Part shown: one piece after another, positions 26,785-36,285 of the stretch | Numbering within the stretch: the first letter of the stretch is position 1 | Layout of the letters: every line of letters begins with the position of its first letter | Assembly (NCBI GenBank): GCA_965242965.1 | Contig: OZ251518.1 | Location: 96,001 to 160,000, forward strand | Direction: 5' to 3' | Origin: Candidatus Poribacteria bacterium | GTDB taxonomy: Bacteria; Poribacteria; WGA-4E; WGA-3G | Length of the DNA: 64,000 nucleotides | Program-made: the position numbers and the translations under genes | Notes under the pieces: model-generated | What the model saw: the letters and a program-made list of their open reading frames with translations, nothing else | The model's database searches: none | What the model was told of the DNA's origin: nothing

Positions 26785-28200
26785 CTACAATGTATTGACA
26801 GGTTTTGCTTTTAACCCGATACCGGTGAGGACAGAGAGCGTGGTTTCGCCTTCGCCGATAATGCCAGCCTCGCGAAATTTCTCATAGCCTTTGACAACTA
26901 CCGCCGAGGTGGGTTCAACGTAAATACCGCGCGTCGCAAGCGTTTCTAGGCCTGCCTGAATTTCTGCATCGTCAACGATGGTGAACGCGCCGTTCGTGTA
27001 ATGAATCGCGTCTAAAATCATCTGCCCGCGGACAGGCAGTTCAGCGGTAATCCCTTCGGCAAGCGTGGGGTTTGTCTGTCTCATTCTTGAAATAATCCCT
27101 TTATTCCGTAGGGCGAGCGTCTGTCCCTCATCGCGCCGCGCACTATTTCGTAGGGCGTGGGCCTGTCCCTCGCTGGGGCCTGGGGCACACGAACGCTCGC
27201 GGGGGACAGGCCCCCGCGCTACGGGGAAAGATACCGCCCGCGTAACCCGTAGGGCGTGGGCCTGTCCCTCGCCATGCTCCATATCCCGATAAGCATTGTA
27301 AATCGGACAACACGCCGCCGCCTGAACGCCCAACAACCGCGGGACGCATTCAATAACGTCCGCCTCGCGCAACTCGCGAAAACCGATGAACAGTCCCAAA
27401 TAGATGCTCCCGAAACCGACAGGACAGATAACGTGCGCTGGGACATCTCCATCCAACTGCTCAACGATTTCAAACGCCAGCGTTTTCGTGCCTTCCAAAA
27501 AGAAGGGGTGCCAATTATGCGAGGCATAGCAGACGTTTTTCGCCGCGTCCTTCACCGCCTCGGTAGTCGCCATGCGGTTGCCTTCAACGAGTTTCAACTC
27601 GGCACCGTAGGCGGCAATCTGCGCTAATTTTCCTTTTGATGTCGATGCAGGACAATAGATGGTGCATCGGATGCCGGCTCGTGCGCTGTAAGCGGCAATC
27701 GCCGCGCCTGCATTCCCCGACGAATCCTCAACCACTTCCTCAACGCCGAGTGCTTTGAGATGCGTCAGCAACACCGATGCCCCCCGGTCTTTGTAAGAAC
27801 CGGTCGGACAGAGGTAGTCAAGTTTGACGTAATGTCCCGAATCTGCCGCCACATCAATCGGTATCAAGGGTGTCATTCCTTCACCGAGGGTGACGATATC
27901 CGCATCATCGGGTATTGGTAGTGCCTCGCGATACCGCCAGAGGGATATGTCTTCAACCGCGCGCGCCAACTTTCCCGTAGGGCGAGGGCCTGTCCCTCGC
28001 CATCCTCCGGGCTCCCCAGAACTCTCCTCGGCGCACCGCGACTTCACTGTAGGGCGAGGGCCTGTCCCTCGCCATGCCCCGGATGCCCCAGAACTATTCT
28101 CTCGCCAAGTATCAAGCATTAGCGGTGAACCGCAATCGCACTGGTAGCGAAGCGGCGATATTGGGTATGTTGTGTTGCAGTGGCTGCAGAGGTATTGCAA
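26785..28200 (-). CDS. thrC: Threonine synthase-like PLP enzyme carrying two in-frame REP-derived insertions
   Basis: N-terminal Cys motif, SLWRY, LGEG.TP, PTGSYKDRG, DSSGNAG, EGTKT, PVGFG, EPTSA, TG.GLK. Confidence 0.85.
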   Translation of the reverse strand: MQYLCSHCNTTYPISPLRYQCDCGSPLMLDTWRENSSGASGAWRGTGPRPTVKSRCAEESSGEPGGWRGTGPRPTGKLARAVEDISLWRYREALPIPDDADIVTLGEGMTPLIPIDVAADSGHYVKLDYLCPTGSYKDRGASVLLTHLKALGVEEVVEDSSGNAGAAIAAYSARAGIRCTIYCPASTSKGKLAQIAAYGAELKLVEGNRMATTEAVKDAAKNVCYASHNWHPFFLEGTKTLAFEIVEQLDGDVPAHVICPVGFGSIYLGLFIGFRELREADVIECVPRLLGVQAAACCPIYNAYRDMEHGEGQAHALRVTRAVSFPVARGPVPRERSCAPGPSEGQAHALRNSARRDEGQTLALRNKGIISRMRQTNPTLAEGITAELPVRGQMILDAIHYTNGAFTIVDDAEIQAGLETLATRGIYVEPTSAVVVKGYEKFREAGIIGEGETTLSVLTGIGLKAKPVNTL

Positions 28201-28219
28201 GAGTTTCTCCTAGTTTGCA

Positions 28220-28425
28220 GCATGGCGAGGGACAGGCCCTCGCCATGCGTTTTGCTGGCAGACCCCATCACTCCTGTAGGTCAGGATCGCCTGATCCTGA
28301 CCCGTTCGGGTGCAGGCGCACCCGAACTACAGAGGTGGGCCCGATGCGCCTCCCTCGTTTTTCTATCGGTATTCGCCTTCCCACCAAGGGGGATAACTAC
28401 CGAAACGGAGTTATGAAACACCCTC
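28220..28425. mobile_element. Partial MITE (one TIR) with REP cargo, sibling of 50418-50580
   Basis: ggataactaccgaaacggagttatgaaacaccctc matches the reverse complement of the left end of the 50418 element; same internal hairpins. Confidence 0.7.
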
Positions 28426-29428
28426 ATTCATCCCACGGCAACGGAATTCCAAGCCGCTCACTCGCGGCGCGTGCCGATGCCTGTTCCATCTCCCCATACT
28501 GAATGCCCTCTCGGCGATGCTTCTCTGTCCGCTCCGCCTCAATCGCGCCGGGGAGGAGGGCTCTATCCGTGCCGGGCAAAGGTTCGTAAGTATCGCGCAC
28601 GTCGCGCACCATCCTGTCAACTTCAGCGTGAAACACCTCGGCGGGGACAACAGAACCAATATCTATTGCCAGCACCATGCCGCCCATGCGGCCGCCGCTC
28701 CACTTCGCCGTGTCTTCCGGTGGCGGTTCAGTGAACCCGGTCAGCGCGCCGCCGAGCAGACTCGCCACGGCGGTATAACCGATGCTCTTGAAGAAAGCGG
28801 CGGGAATGACAGAGAACAACGCATCGAAATCCGGACCGCGCTGATAATCCGCCATGATGCAAGTCGCCGCATCTAGCACGACAGGCGGCTCCTCACCCGA
28901 TGGAATCGCAAAACAGATAGGCGGATTGCCATAATAACCGAGCTGCGGTTTTGACTCTTGTTGCCCGGCGTTGCCTTGGCCCTGATACCCCTGCACCGAG
29001 AAGCCGATGCATCCTGACTCGTTGCACATCCGCGCGTAATGCCCCGCAGAACCGTAATGCCCGATATAGCGCGCAAGCCCCATGCCGATGCCGACTTTCT
29101 TCGCTTTAGCAATCGCATATTCAGTCGCGCGCACCATCGGAAGATAACCCAGCGTGCCGTTCCCATCCAGCACCACAGCCGTCGGCGTTTCGTGCAGAAT
29201 GCGGAGCTGCGGACGCGGGTTATGGCTGCCGTTTTCAAAGCCTCCGCAGTAACCGTTCACCGTCCGAGTGCCGTGGCTGCGGACACCGCGCAAATCAGAA
29301 TTCACCAGCAGTCGGCTGATGAGGGCGGCGTGCTCGTGTGTTAAACCCACTTTTTCAAAACACGCCGTTGAGAAATGGAGAAGGCGTTCTTCTTCGACAA
29401 GAACGAATGTTTCCGGTGGTTTGTTCAT
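28424..29428 (-). CDS. Ldh_2 (malate/L-lactate/sulfolactate dehydrogenase-like) oxidoreductase
   Basis: SDLRGVRSHG, AK..GIG, HYG.AGHY, GNPP, LPG. Confidence 0.88.
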   Translation of the reverse strand: MNKPPETFVLVEEERLLHFSTACFEKVGLTHEHAALISRLLVNSDLRGVRSHGTRTVNGYCGGFENGSHNPRPQLRILHETPTAVVLDGNGTLGYLPMVRATEYAIAKAKKVGIGMGLARYIGHYGSAGHYARMCNESGCIGFSVQGYQGQGNAGQQESKPQLGYYGNPPICFAIPSGEEPPVVLDAATCIMADYQRGPDFDALFSVIPAAFFKSIGYTAVASLLGGALTGFTEPPPEDTAKWSGGRMGGMVLAIDIGSVVPAEVFHAEVDRMVRDVRDTYEPLPGTDRALLPGAIEAERTEKHRREGIQYGEMEQASARAASERLGIPLPWDE

Positions 29429-29488
29429 TTGTGTTGCTCCTTTCGTGCAGATCTGTGCATCGAGACCAGGAGTCTCTCCTACCTTATC

Positions 29489-30652
29489 TTACGGATCCAA
29501 CTGTTTATAGAATACCTTCATCCCATCCTTGATAATCATAATGACGACGCTCTTGGTAGGATGCCGGGCTTCATTGTAACCCGCGATGTTCGTGACACCG
29601 ACGTAGTCCTTCGTCGCCGCGATTTCATCACGGATTGCCGCTGCGTCAAAACTTTCGGCGCGCTCCACGGCTGCGGCGAGCAATTTGACGCAATCGTAAC
29701 TGACAGCAATGCCGCCGACCGGGGTAATCCCGTGCAGTGCCTCGTATTTTTTCACGAACGTCTGTGTTGCCTGCTGATCGGCGTTCGGCGAGAAGTGTGC
29801 ACTGAAGAAACTCCCCTCAATCTGCGCTTCCTCATTCTCCAGCAAGAGCTCGTTATCCCAAGCATCCGCACCGAGGAAAATGGTGGGTTTCCCCTCGGCG
29901 TTTTGCAGTTCCATGGCGCGCGCCTGCTTCGTCACAAGCACCACCCCTTCAGCGAAACCGGCGATGAGAAGTGCGTCGGGCACGGCATCGGCTATCCGAG
30001 TCAGTTGTTCGGTGAAGTCGGTTGCATCGTCTCCATAAAACTCCTTTGCAACGATTTCGCCGCCCGCTTTGACGACAGCATCGGCGAAGATTTCAGCGAG
30101 TCCTTCCGAATAGACATCTCCCTGTTGCGCTATTACAGCCGCCTTGGTGGCACCAAGTTCTTTTGTGGCGAACTGCGCCATAACTTCGCCTTGAAACAGA
30201 TCTGTTGCTGATGCCATGAAGACGAAATCGCCGGCGTTTGTGACACTCGGATTCGTCGCTGTCGTCGTAATCATGGGGACACGATACCGCTGCGCCACAG
30301 GACCGACTTCAACGGCATGCGTAGAGCGGTTTGGACCGAGGATAGCGATGACTCCATCATCGCGAATCATTCTCTCGGCAGTCGCCGCAGCCACCGCCGC
30401 ATCTTCTATCCCGACTTGGATAACCAACTCAACAGGCACACCGAGCAGCCCACCCATCTCGTTAATCTCACCCACAGCTATCGCCGCACCGTTCGGGAAC
30501 GTCACACGGCTCCCTGAACCGATGAAGCCAATCTTAACTGACTGTGGCTGTAGTTGCGCCGGCACCACTACCTCTTGGATGCTGTCACATCCAACAAGTG
30601 TCACCGCGAACGCAATTAAACTGAATATTGCAAAAAATTTTGTTTTTCCCAT
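29489..30652 (-). CDS. LivJ-like ABC transporter substrate-binding lipoprotein
   Basis: Start MGKTKFF, lipobox LVGC, EINEMGGLLG, ATNPSVT, DFTEQL; ORF-track extension is repeat-derived. Confidence 0.9.
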   Translation of the reverse strand: MGKTKFFAIFSLIAFAVTLVGCDSIQEVVVPAQLQPQSVKIGFIGSGSRVTFPNGAAIAVGEINEMGGLLGVPVELVIQVGIEDAAVAAATAERMIRDDGVIAILGPNRSTHAVEVGPVAQRYRVPMITTTATNPSVTNAGDFVFMASATDLFQGEVMAQFATKELGATKAAVIAQQGDVYSEGLAEIFADAVVKAGGEIVAKEFYGDDATDFTEQLTRIADAVPDALLIAGFAEGVVLVTKQARAMELQNAEGKPTIFLGADAWDNELLLENEEAQIEGSFFSAHFSPNADQQATQTFVKKYEALHGITPVGGIAVSYDCVKLLAAAVERAESFDAAAIRDEIAATKDYVGVTNIAGYNEARHPTKSVVIMIIKDGMKVFYKQLDP

Positions 30653-30675
30653 ATCGTCACCTTTTGACTCTCCCC

Positions 30676-30825
30676 GGTAGGAGAGACCGCCTGGTCTCGA
30701 TGCATTTCCGTAGGAGAACCCTCCTCGTCTCGACACTTCCCGGTAGGAGAGACCTCCCGGTCTCGATGCGGTAGGAGAGACCGCCTGGTCTCGACTCCCC
30801 AGTAGAAAAGCCCTCCCGGTCTCAA
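30676..30825. repeat. Tandem array of about 5 family-B REPs (GTAGGAGAGACC-n4-GGTCTCGA)
   Basis: Direct tandem copies about 30 bp apart. Confidence 0.88.
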
Positions 30826-30942
30826 TGTCCAACCCCTACCCTTTTGAAAAAATCGCTTGTCTTATTAATCAATTTCTGATACAATCAGATCAGTGTTGTT
30901 ATTATACTTTAAATTTGCGGAAATAAGCAAGACATTTTGATT

Positions 30943-31674
30943 ATGACGCTCATCACAGTTATCGGGCGCGGGCATTCAGGGACGCGCGCCATCTCTCACA
31001 CGTTATACGCCAGCGGAGTTTTCATGGGCAGTCAACTGAATCCCTCCGGCGATAAAATCCCGCCGCACGCCATGTATGATGCATGCCGCGTGATGGCGCA
31101 ACACGTTCAATGGAACGGCGGACTCTCATGGGAATTTGAACCGCTGTTGACGATGCCGATTGACGCGCAGTTCAAGCGGCTCATCAACGAATACCTCGCC
31201 GATGTCCTACAGAACAACGCAGCACATAAAGGCTGGAAGATTCCAGAGACGACGCTGGTTTACCCGTGGATAGCACGGATGTTTCCGGAGATAAAATTCA
31301 TCCACTGGCTCCGCGACCCGAGGGACTGCATCCTCGGCAGCCATAAAACAGATGATTTGCGCAACTTCGGCGTTAATTACCCGCAAACCGACGATATCTA
31401 CGAGCGGCGTGCAATCTCTTGGCTTTACCAATATAAGTTGATGCAGGCAACGCCGAAACCAGAAAACGTCACCCAGGTCCGCTTTGAGGATTTCGTGTTG
31501 AAGCATGAGGAGACGCTCAAGCGGCTTGAGGCGTTTTTAGGCATTCCGTTGGGTAGGATTATCGTCCGTCCAGATGCAGTCGCGCGCTGGAAAAGGGAAC
31601 CAATTGAGTGCCGATACAATTTTGAATTTCTTCACGAAGCAATTGTCGAGAACGGCTATTCGTTGACAAAGTAA
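30943..31674 (+). CDS. Sulfotransferase family protein
   Basis: IGRGHSGT (PAPS loop), GWKIP, FIHWLRDPRD, VRFEDF. Confidence 0.85.
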   Translation: MTLITVIGRGHSGTRAISHTLYASGVFMGSQLNPSGDKIPPHAMYDACRVMAQHVQWNGGLSWEFEPLLTMPIDAQFKRLINEYLADVLQNNAAHKGWKIPETTLVYPWIARMFPEIKFIHWLRDPRDCILGSHKTDDLRNFGVNYPQTDDIYERRAISWLYQYKLMQATPKPENVTQVRFEDFVLKHEETLKRLEAFLGIPLGRIIVRPDAVARWKREPIECRYNFEFLHEAIVENGYSLTK

Positions 31675-31689
31675 GGGTGGCGCGTCATA

Positions 31690-31802
31690 CCGTAGGGCGA
31701 GGGCCTGTCCCTCGCCAAGCCTCGGTCAGGGAAACGGCTTTGGGCGGCGGGCGATTTTCGCGCAGAGCGACGCTCGCGGGGGACAGGCCCCCGCGCTACG
31801 GG
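31690..31802. repeat. REPIN-like inverted pair of family-A REPs
   Basis: ccgtagggcgagggcctgtccctcgcc ... cgcgggggacaggcccccgcgctacgg. Confidence 0.85.
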
Positions 31803-31867
31803 CCGAGGACCCATTGGATTGCAAGGGCAAATGTCTCCATCTGCCCATTCCGTAACGAGGAACCATT

Positions 31868-32890
31868 ATGTCAAAAAACAATTACCGCGTTGGACTTGTC
31901 GGCACAGGCGGCATCGCCCGCGCGCACGGCAAGGCATGCCAACTCGCAGAAAGTGCCGAATTGGCGGCAATCTGCGATGTGTATGAAACTGCATTAACCA
32001 ATTTCGGCGAGCAGTTTGATGTCAACCCAGAAAACCGCTACCTCTCATTAGACGAGATGTTGGCAACCGAAAATTTGGACATCGCAGTCATCTGCACGTG
32101 GGGTGCCTATCACGCCGAGACGGGTATCCAAATCGCCGAATCCCGCCAAGTCAAAGCGATTTTGTGTGAGAAGCCTTTCACGTCAACGGCGGCGGAGGCA
32201 GAGGCGTTCGTCGGTGCAGCGCAGGAAAACGGCGTGCTTGTCACCGAAGCTTTCAAATTCCGGCACCATCCGATGCATCTCAAGGCGAAGGAGTTGATTG
32301 ATGCGGGTGCTATCGGCGAATTCATGACGCTGCGTAGCACATTCTGCACGGGAGGTGGCGGCGGTGGCCCGGAGACGCGCCGCCCAGAAGCGAATTGGCG
32401 GTTCAACAAAGCGAAAGGCGGCGGCAGTATCTATGACCTGGGATGTTACTGCATCCATCACGCCCGCTTCATGTTTGATGCCGAACCAATTCGCGTCTCC
32501 GGCGCATCGCAGGCAGGATTGGAAGTGGACGATGCGGCGTATCTGCTGCTCGTCTTTCCCGGCAATCGCACCGCGCAAATCTCCGTTGGATTCAACTGCG
32601 CCGGTGGACAATACGCCGAAATGTCCGGCACCGGCGGGATGTGCCGCCTCGACCGGGTGTGGAACAACGAGGAATCGCCTGTCAACATTGAGCTCACCAC
32701 ACGGAGCGGCCGCGAAGTCATTGATATTGAGCCGTGCTTTCAGTTTGCGTTGCAGTTGGAGCATCTCTGCGAGTGTTTAGCTACAGGGAAACCGCACCGT
32801 ATCTCGCCAGAGAGTTGCGTCAATCAGATGCGCGTCATCGATGCCGCCTTTGAAGCGATGGCGACAGGCAGAACGGTTGAATTGGGGTAG
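31868..32890 (+). CDS. Gfo/Idh/MocA oxidoreductase
   Basis: VGTGGIA, CEKP, GGGSIYDLGCY. Confidence 0.92.
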   Translation: MSKNNYRVGLVGTGGIARAHGKACQLAESAELAAICDVYETALTNFGEQFDVNPENRYLSLDEMLATENLDIAVICTWGAYHAETGIQIAESRQVKAILCEKPFTSTAAEAEAFVGAAQENGVLVTEAFKFRHHPMHLKAKELIDAGAIGEFMTLRSTFCTGGGGGGPETRRPEANWRFNKAKGGGSIYDLGCYCIHHARFMFDAEPIRVSGASQAGLEVDDAAYLLLVFPGNRTAQISVGFNCAGGQYAEMSGTGGMCRLDRVWNNEESPVNIELTTRSGREVIDIEPCFQFALQLEHLCECLATGKPHRISPESCVNQMRVIDAAFEAMATGRTVELG

Positions 32891-32897
32891 GCGCGCC

Positions 32898-33361
32898 TCT
32901 ATAGGGCAGGATCAGGCGATCCTGCCCGTTCGGGATCAGGCGATCCCGAACTACAGTCATTGGGGCATGCAAGCGATCGCGGGGGACAGGCCCCCGCGCT
33001 ACGGTATGCAAGGCCGTCTCCCTTTCACCGTAGGGCGAGGGCCTGTCCCTCGCCGTGCCTCGATCTGCACGAGAAACGGCGTTGGTTGGCGTTCGTTTTT
33101 CGCGCGGATCGAACGCTCGCGGGGGACAGGCCCCCGCGCTACGGGCCTGGAAGGAGTTCTCCTCGCCGTGCATCCGTTCGGGATTAGGCGATCCCGAACT
33201 ACGGTCTCTAGGCCCTATAATCCTGCTAATCGTGATAATCTTGTAAATCCTGCTCATCTCTGGGGCACGCGAGAGATCGCGGGGGACAGGCCCCCGCGCT
33301 ACGGGAACATTGAGACCCCGAGGTTTCTCCTACCGAACACATCGAAATATGAAACACCCTC
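32898..33361. repeat. Composite repeat cluster ending in a MITE-type TIR
   Basis: Family A, B, C/D hairpins, 9-mer array, terminal atgaaacaccctc. Confidence 0.82.
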
Positions 33362-33374
33362 GGTTATGTGCCTC

Positions 33375-34334
33375 TCAAATCCTAACCTGTTCAACCTCAC
33401 CTGTCTCCAATGAACGATTCGCGGCGAGAGTGACAGCCAGCGTCTTCACTGCATCGGCGTAAGAAGAACGAACGCGTCCTTGCTCATTCGCTTCAACGGC
33501 ATCAATGAACCGCGCAATTTGCCGGAAATAACCCGCTTCCGTGCCAGTATAGTCAATAGGCTCATCGCCGATTTGGCCGCGTAACCCGAGGTCGTGCGTT
33601 AGTTTGAGGTAGAGCGCATCGCCCACCAATTCGGTGGCGAAGTTATCGGGCGCGCGGGCGACACAGGTGCTGGTGATATTTCCCACCGCGCCGTTCGCGA
33701 ACTGCATGTTGCAGACAGTGCATTCCTCAAAATCGGCGATGCCTTCAGAAACATTTTTAATTCCGTAGGCATGCACGCTTGCGACATCGCCGAGGAAATA
33801 TCGGACAAGATCGAACACATGCGTCGTTTGTTCTACCATCTGTCCGCGCGATACCTCATATTTTCCCCACCAGGGATGGTTGCTCCCCATCCGCGCGAAA
33901 AACCGTCCAAACCCCATGGCGAGTCTTGTGTCACCCACGAGTTCCTTCGCTTTTTCGGTAATGTCGCTATACCGCGCCATGTAGCCGACTTGATTGATGA
34001 CAGAGGCAGTCTCAATTGCGTCGCGGGTGCGTTGCGCCGTCTCTAAATCCTGTGCCACTGGTTTCGCGACAAAAAGTGCCGCGCCCGATTTTGCCGCGTC
34101 GGCGGCTTGTGTCGTGTGCGCCCCGGGTGGGATGCAGGTAAAGACAACATCGGGATGTTCGTTCCGTAGCATTTCACCGTGGTTGGTGTATGCGGTTGCC
34201 TTTTCTTCGTGCGCGACAGTTGCAGCTCGTTCCGCGTTAATATCGCAGACTGCTGCGATGGGACGTTGGAGTTGTTTGAGGCTTCGGCGATAATTGCCGG
34301 CAATGCCTCCTACGCCGATGAAAGCGATTTTCAT
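33375..34334 (-). CDS. Gfo/Idh/MocA oxidoreductase
   Basis: IGVGGIA, AKPVA (EKP variant), VGYMARY, EQTTH.FD. Confidence 0.88.
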   Translation of the reverse strand: MKIAFIGVGGIAGNYRRSLKQLQRPIAAVCDINAERAATVAHEEKATAYTNHGEMLRNEHPDVVFTCIPPGAHTTQAADAAKSGAALFVAKPVAQDLETAQRTRDAIETASVINQVGYMARYSDITEKAKELVGDTRLAMGFGRFFARMGSNHPWWGKYEVSRGQMVEQTTHVFDLVRYFLGDVASVHAYGIKNVSEGIADFEECTVCNMQFANGAVGNITSTCVARAPDNFATELVGDALYLKLTHDLGLRGQIGDEPIDYTGTEAGYFRQIARFIDAVEANEQGRVRSSYADAVKTLAVTLAANRSLETGEVEQVRI

Positions 34335-34346
34335 GTGGATTTCCTC

Positions 34347-35006
34347 TCAATCTTGTATCAACTCACGGATTTTCTTTACAAAGTATTGGAAACTGGGAGA
34401 GGCGTTGTTATCTATGTCCATGTGCGGCGCGATGTTTTCCGCCCATGCGGATTTTTCTATGCCTATTGCCGGATATCCCTGACTTTTCAGAGCCTTTAAG
34501 CCGCCTTTGAATACCGCGTCGGCGAGAATCTCCCAGGTTCCACAAATTGAATCATTTTGGTAATCAGCTAGGACAGTGTTTCTGGCCTGGGGATAAGCTG
34601 TCTTGACTGCGGAGATGTCGCCAAGGAGCCATGCTTCACATTCTTCTACGGCAATACAAAACCGAGTTTCTGGTTTGGGATTGCACGCGTCCATTACGGC
34701 GATAAGTTGTTGGCGAAATTCTTTCAAACATTTGTCATCCAAGTCGCACACCACAATCACCGCTGCGGAATAAAGGGTCGAATACGCGGCATGGGTTCTC
34801 CCGCGCCCTCTGAGCAGTTGGGGAAGTCGATTAAGCAGAACGCGCTTGCTTGGATCCGTCCGGTCTTGGAGACTTTCAGGAATCTCGCGGCCGATTCCTT
34901 TGTAACCAAAAACTTCAAATGTATGTCTATCGCCGATGATTTTTGGCATCAAAATATCAAGTGCTTTCTTGCCCGACAAATCTTCGACATAGATTTCAAA
35001 GTGCAT
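34347..35006 (-). CDS. DUF4276-family protein, partner of AAA ATPase
   Basis: MHFEIYVED.SG, VCDLDD, EECEAWLLGD, N.SPSF. Confidence 0.82.
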   Translation of the reverse strand: MHFEIYVEDLSGKKALDILMPKIIGDRHTFEVFGYKGIGREIPESLQDRTDPSKRVLLNRLPQLLRGRGRTHAAYSTLYSAAVIVVCDLDDKCLKEFRQQLIAVMDACNPKPETRFCIAVEECEAWLLGDISAVKTAYPQARNTVLADYQNDSICGTWEILADAVFKGGLKALKSQGYPAIGIEKSAWAENIAPHMDIDNNASPSFQYFVKKIRELIQD

Positions 35007-36285
35007 TCTGTTCCCTCGGGTCAAGATAGCCGCTGTACCAGAGTGAGCCCAGGGGCAACTCTTCCTCAACAAGATAGTTCACACCCTGGTCATCGCTTGC
35101 CCGCCGGATTGTGGAAAAACCATCCTCACCCTTATCCAGAATCCAAACCTCTTTCGGACCCAAGGCATCGACAAAGTAGGGCTGGTGCGTCGTCATAAAC
35201 ACCTGCGAACTGCCTTTGCTGCCGTTAGTGCGACTGCGAAATTCCCAGACGAGCGGCTCTAGGAGTTTATGATACAGCCCATCCTCTGGTTCTTCAAGGC
35301 AAAGGAACGGAGGCAGACCCGGGTCTTCCAATAGTAAGAAATATGCCAACAACTTGAGTGTCCCATCGGAAACTTGCTGCGCGTAAAAAGGATCCTGAAA
35401 ACCTTTGTCGTTGAACTTGAGGAGCAACCGGCCATCGCTGGTTTTTTCTGTCTCAATCCGCTCAATGCCGGGAATCTTATCGGCAATCTTTTTGAGAATC
35501 ACCCCGAAACGTTCGGGGTGTTCACGCTCCATGAATTGCACAACGTTGCCCAGATTGTCTCCGTGGCTGTTGAGATGCTTTTGGGAGGATGCCATCGGTA
35601 AACAGCGCGCCGCATCTGGCGTGAAGTAACTGAAATACCATCCCTCAATAAACCGGCAGAGGGAGGAAATTCGCGGATGCCGTTTGAAGGCACCGAGTGT
35701 GGCAATCCCGAGTTTGCGCGGGTTTGCCAATTCGATTGACTCGGGCGAACAGCCTTCTGATGATTTTGCGCATTCCAAGAGATTAACGAAATCCGAAGTC
35801 TCTTCGTCAAATTGGATACCGCACTTTTCACCGTTCCACGCTACACCGATGCCGTTGTGGAGCATGAGGAAAGAAAATGGCTGTCCGCCTTTCTGTCCCT
35901 TTCGCTTCTGCATGAGACGTTCTTGCAGGACATAGGGCCGTCCCATCTTGTCCGCTTCAATAACAAGCTGATACGTGATGGGACGGGCATTGCCGTTTTC
36001 CTTATAGCACACCTCGAACGCAATCGGTTCCGTTGTGCCTTGCGAACGGATTTGCTCAAAGCCGCCGCGTCCACGCGCGACGCAGGCGGCTTCAACCCCC
36101 AATTTCAGCGCATCGGCGAGGAACGCGAGTGCATCAAATAAGGCACTTTTCCCTACTCCGTTTTTGCCGATTACCGCTGTTATCGGCGTGAGTGCTTCTT
36201 TCTTCGCGCCGTTCCACAGGCGCCCTAGGGTTATATCCTTCAGCACCTTGAAGTTGCGCACTCTGAGCCCTTCTAGCCTAGCCAT
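34996..36285 (-). CDS. ABC/AAA_21-type ATPase
   Basis: GKNGVGKS, VSDGT, LEEPE, TTHQP; start MARLE overlaps RND stop. Confidence 0.9.
   Translation of the reverse strand: MARLEGLRVRNFKVLKDITLGRLWNGAKKEALTPITAVIGKNGVGKSALFDALAFLADALKLGVEAACVARGRGGFEQIRSQGTTEPIAFEVCYKENGNARPITYQLVIEADKMGRPYVLQERLMQKRKGQKGGQPFSFLMLHNGIGVAWNGEKCGIQFDEETSDFVNLLECAKSSEGCSPESIELANPRKLGIATLGAFKRHPRISSLCRFIEGWYFSYFTPDAARCLPMASSQKHLNSHGDNLGNVVQFMEREHPERFGVILKKIADKIPGIERIETEKTSDGRLLLKFNDKGFQDPFYAQQVSDGTLKLLAYFLLLEDPGLPPFLCLEEPEDGLYHKLLEPLVWEFRSRTNGSKGSSQVFMTTHQPYFVDALGPKEVWILDKGEDGFSTIRRASDDQGVNYLVEEELPLGSLWYSGYLDPREQNAL

Noticed and set aside
30676-30825. Possible CRISPR array (also 46795-46931)
   Set aside because: Units are degenerate REP copies with only about 3-20 nt between them; there are no unique spacers of uniform length and no cas genes.
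30653-30832. N-terminal extensions of the ABC-binding protein, LRR protein (5025-5120), hemW and halogenase ORFs
   Set aside because: The extensions run through repeats or neighbouring genes; downstream starts give proper signal peptides or family N-termini.
32835-33413. ORF-track proteins over repeat clusters (also 1287, 2825, 7176, 10760, 13018, 28074, 40636, 44534, 52313)
   Set aside because: They are composed of REP-derived peptides (RGTGPRAT, VARGPVPR, GQDRLILTR) with no other homology signal; treated as spurious.
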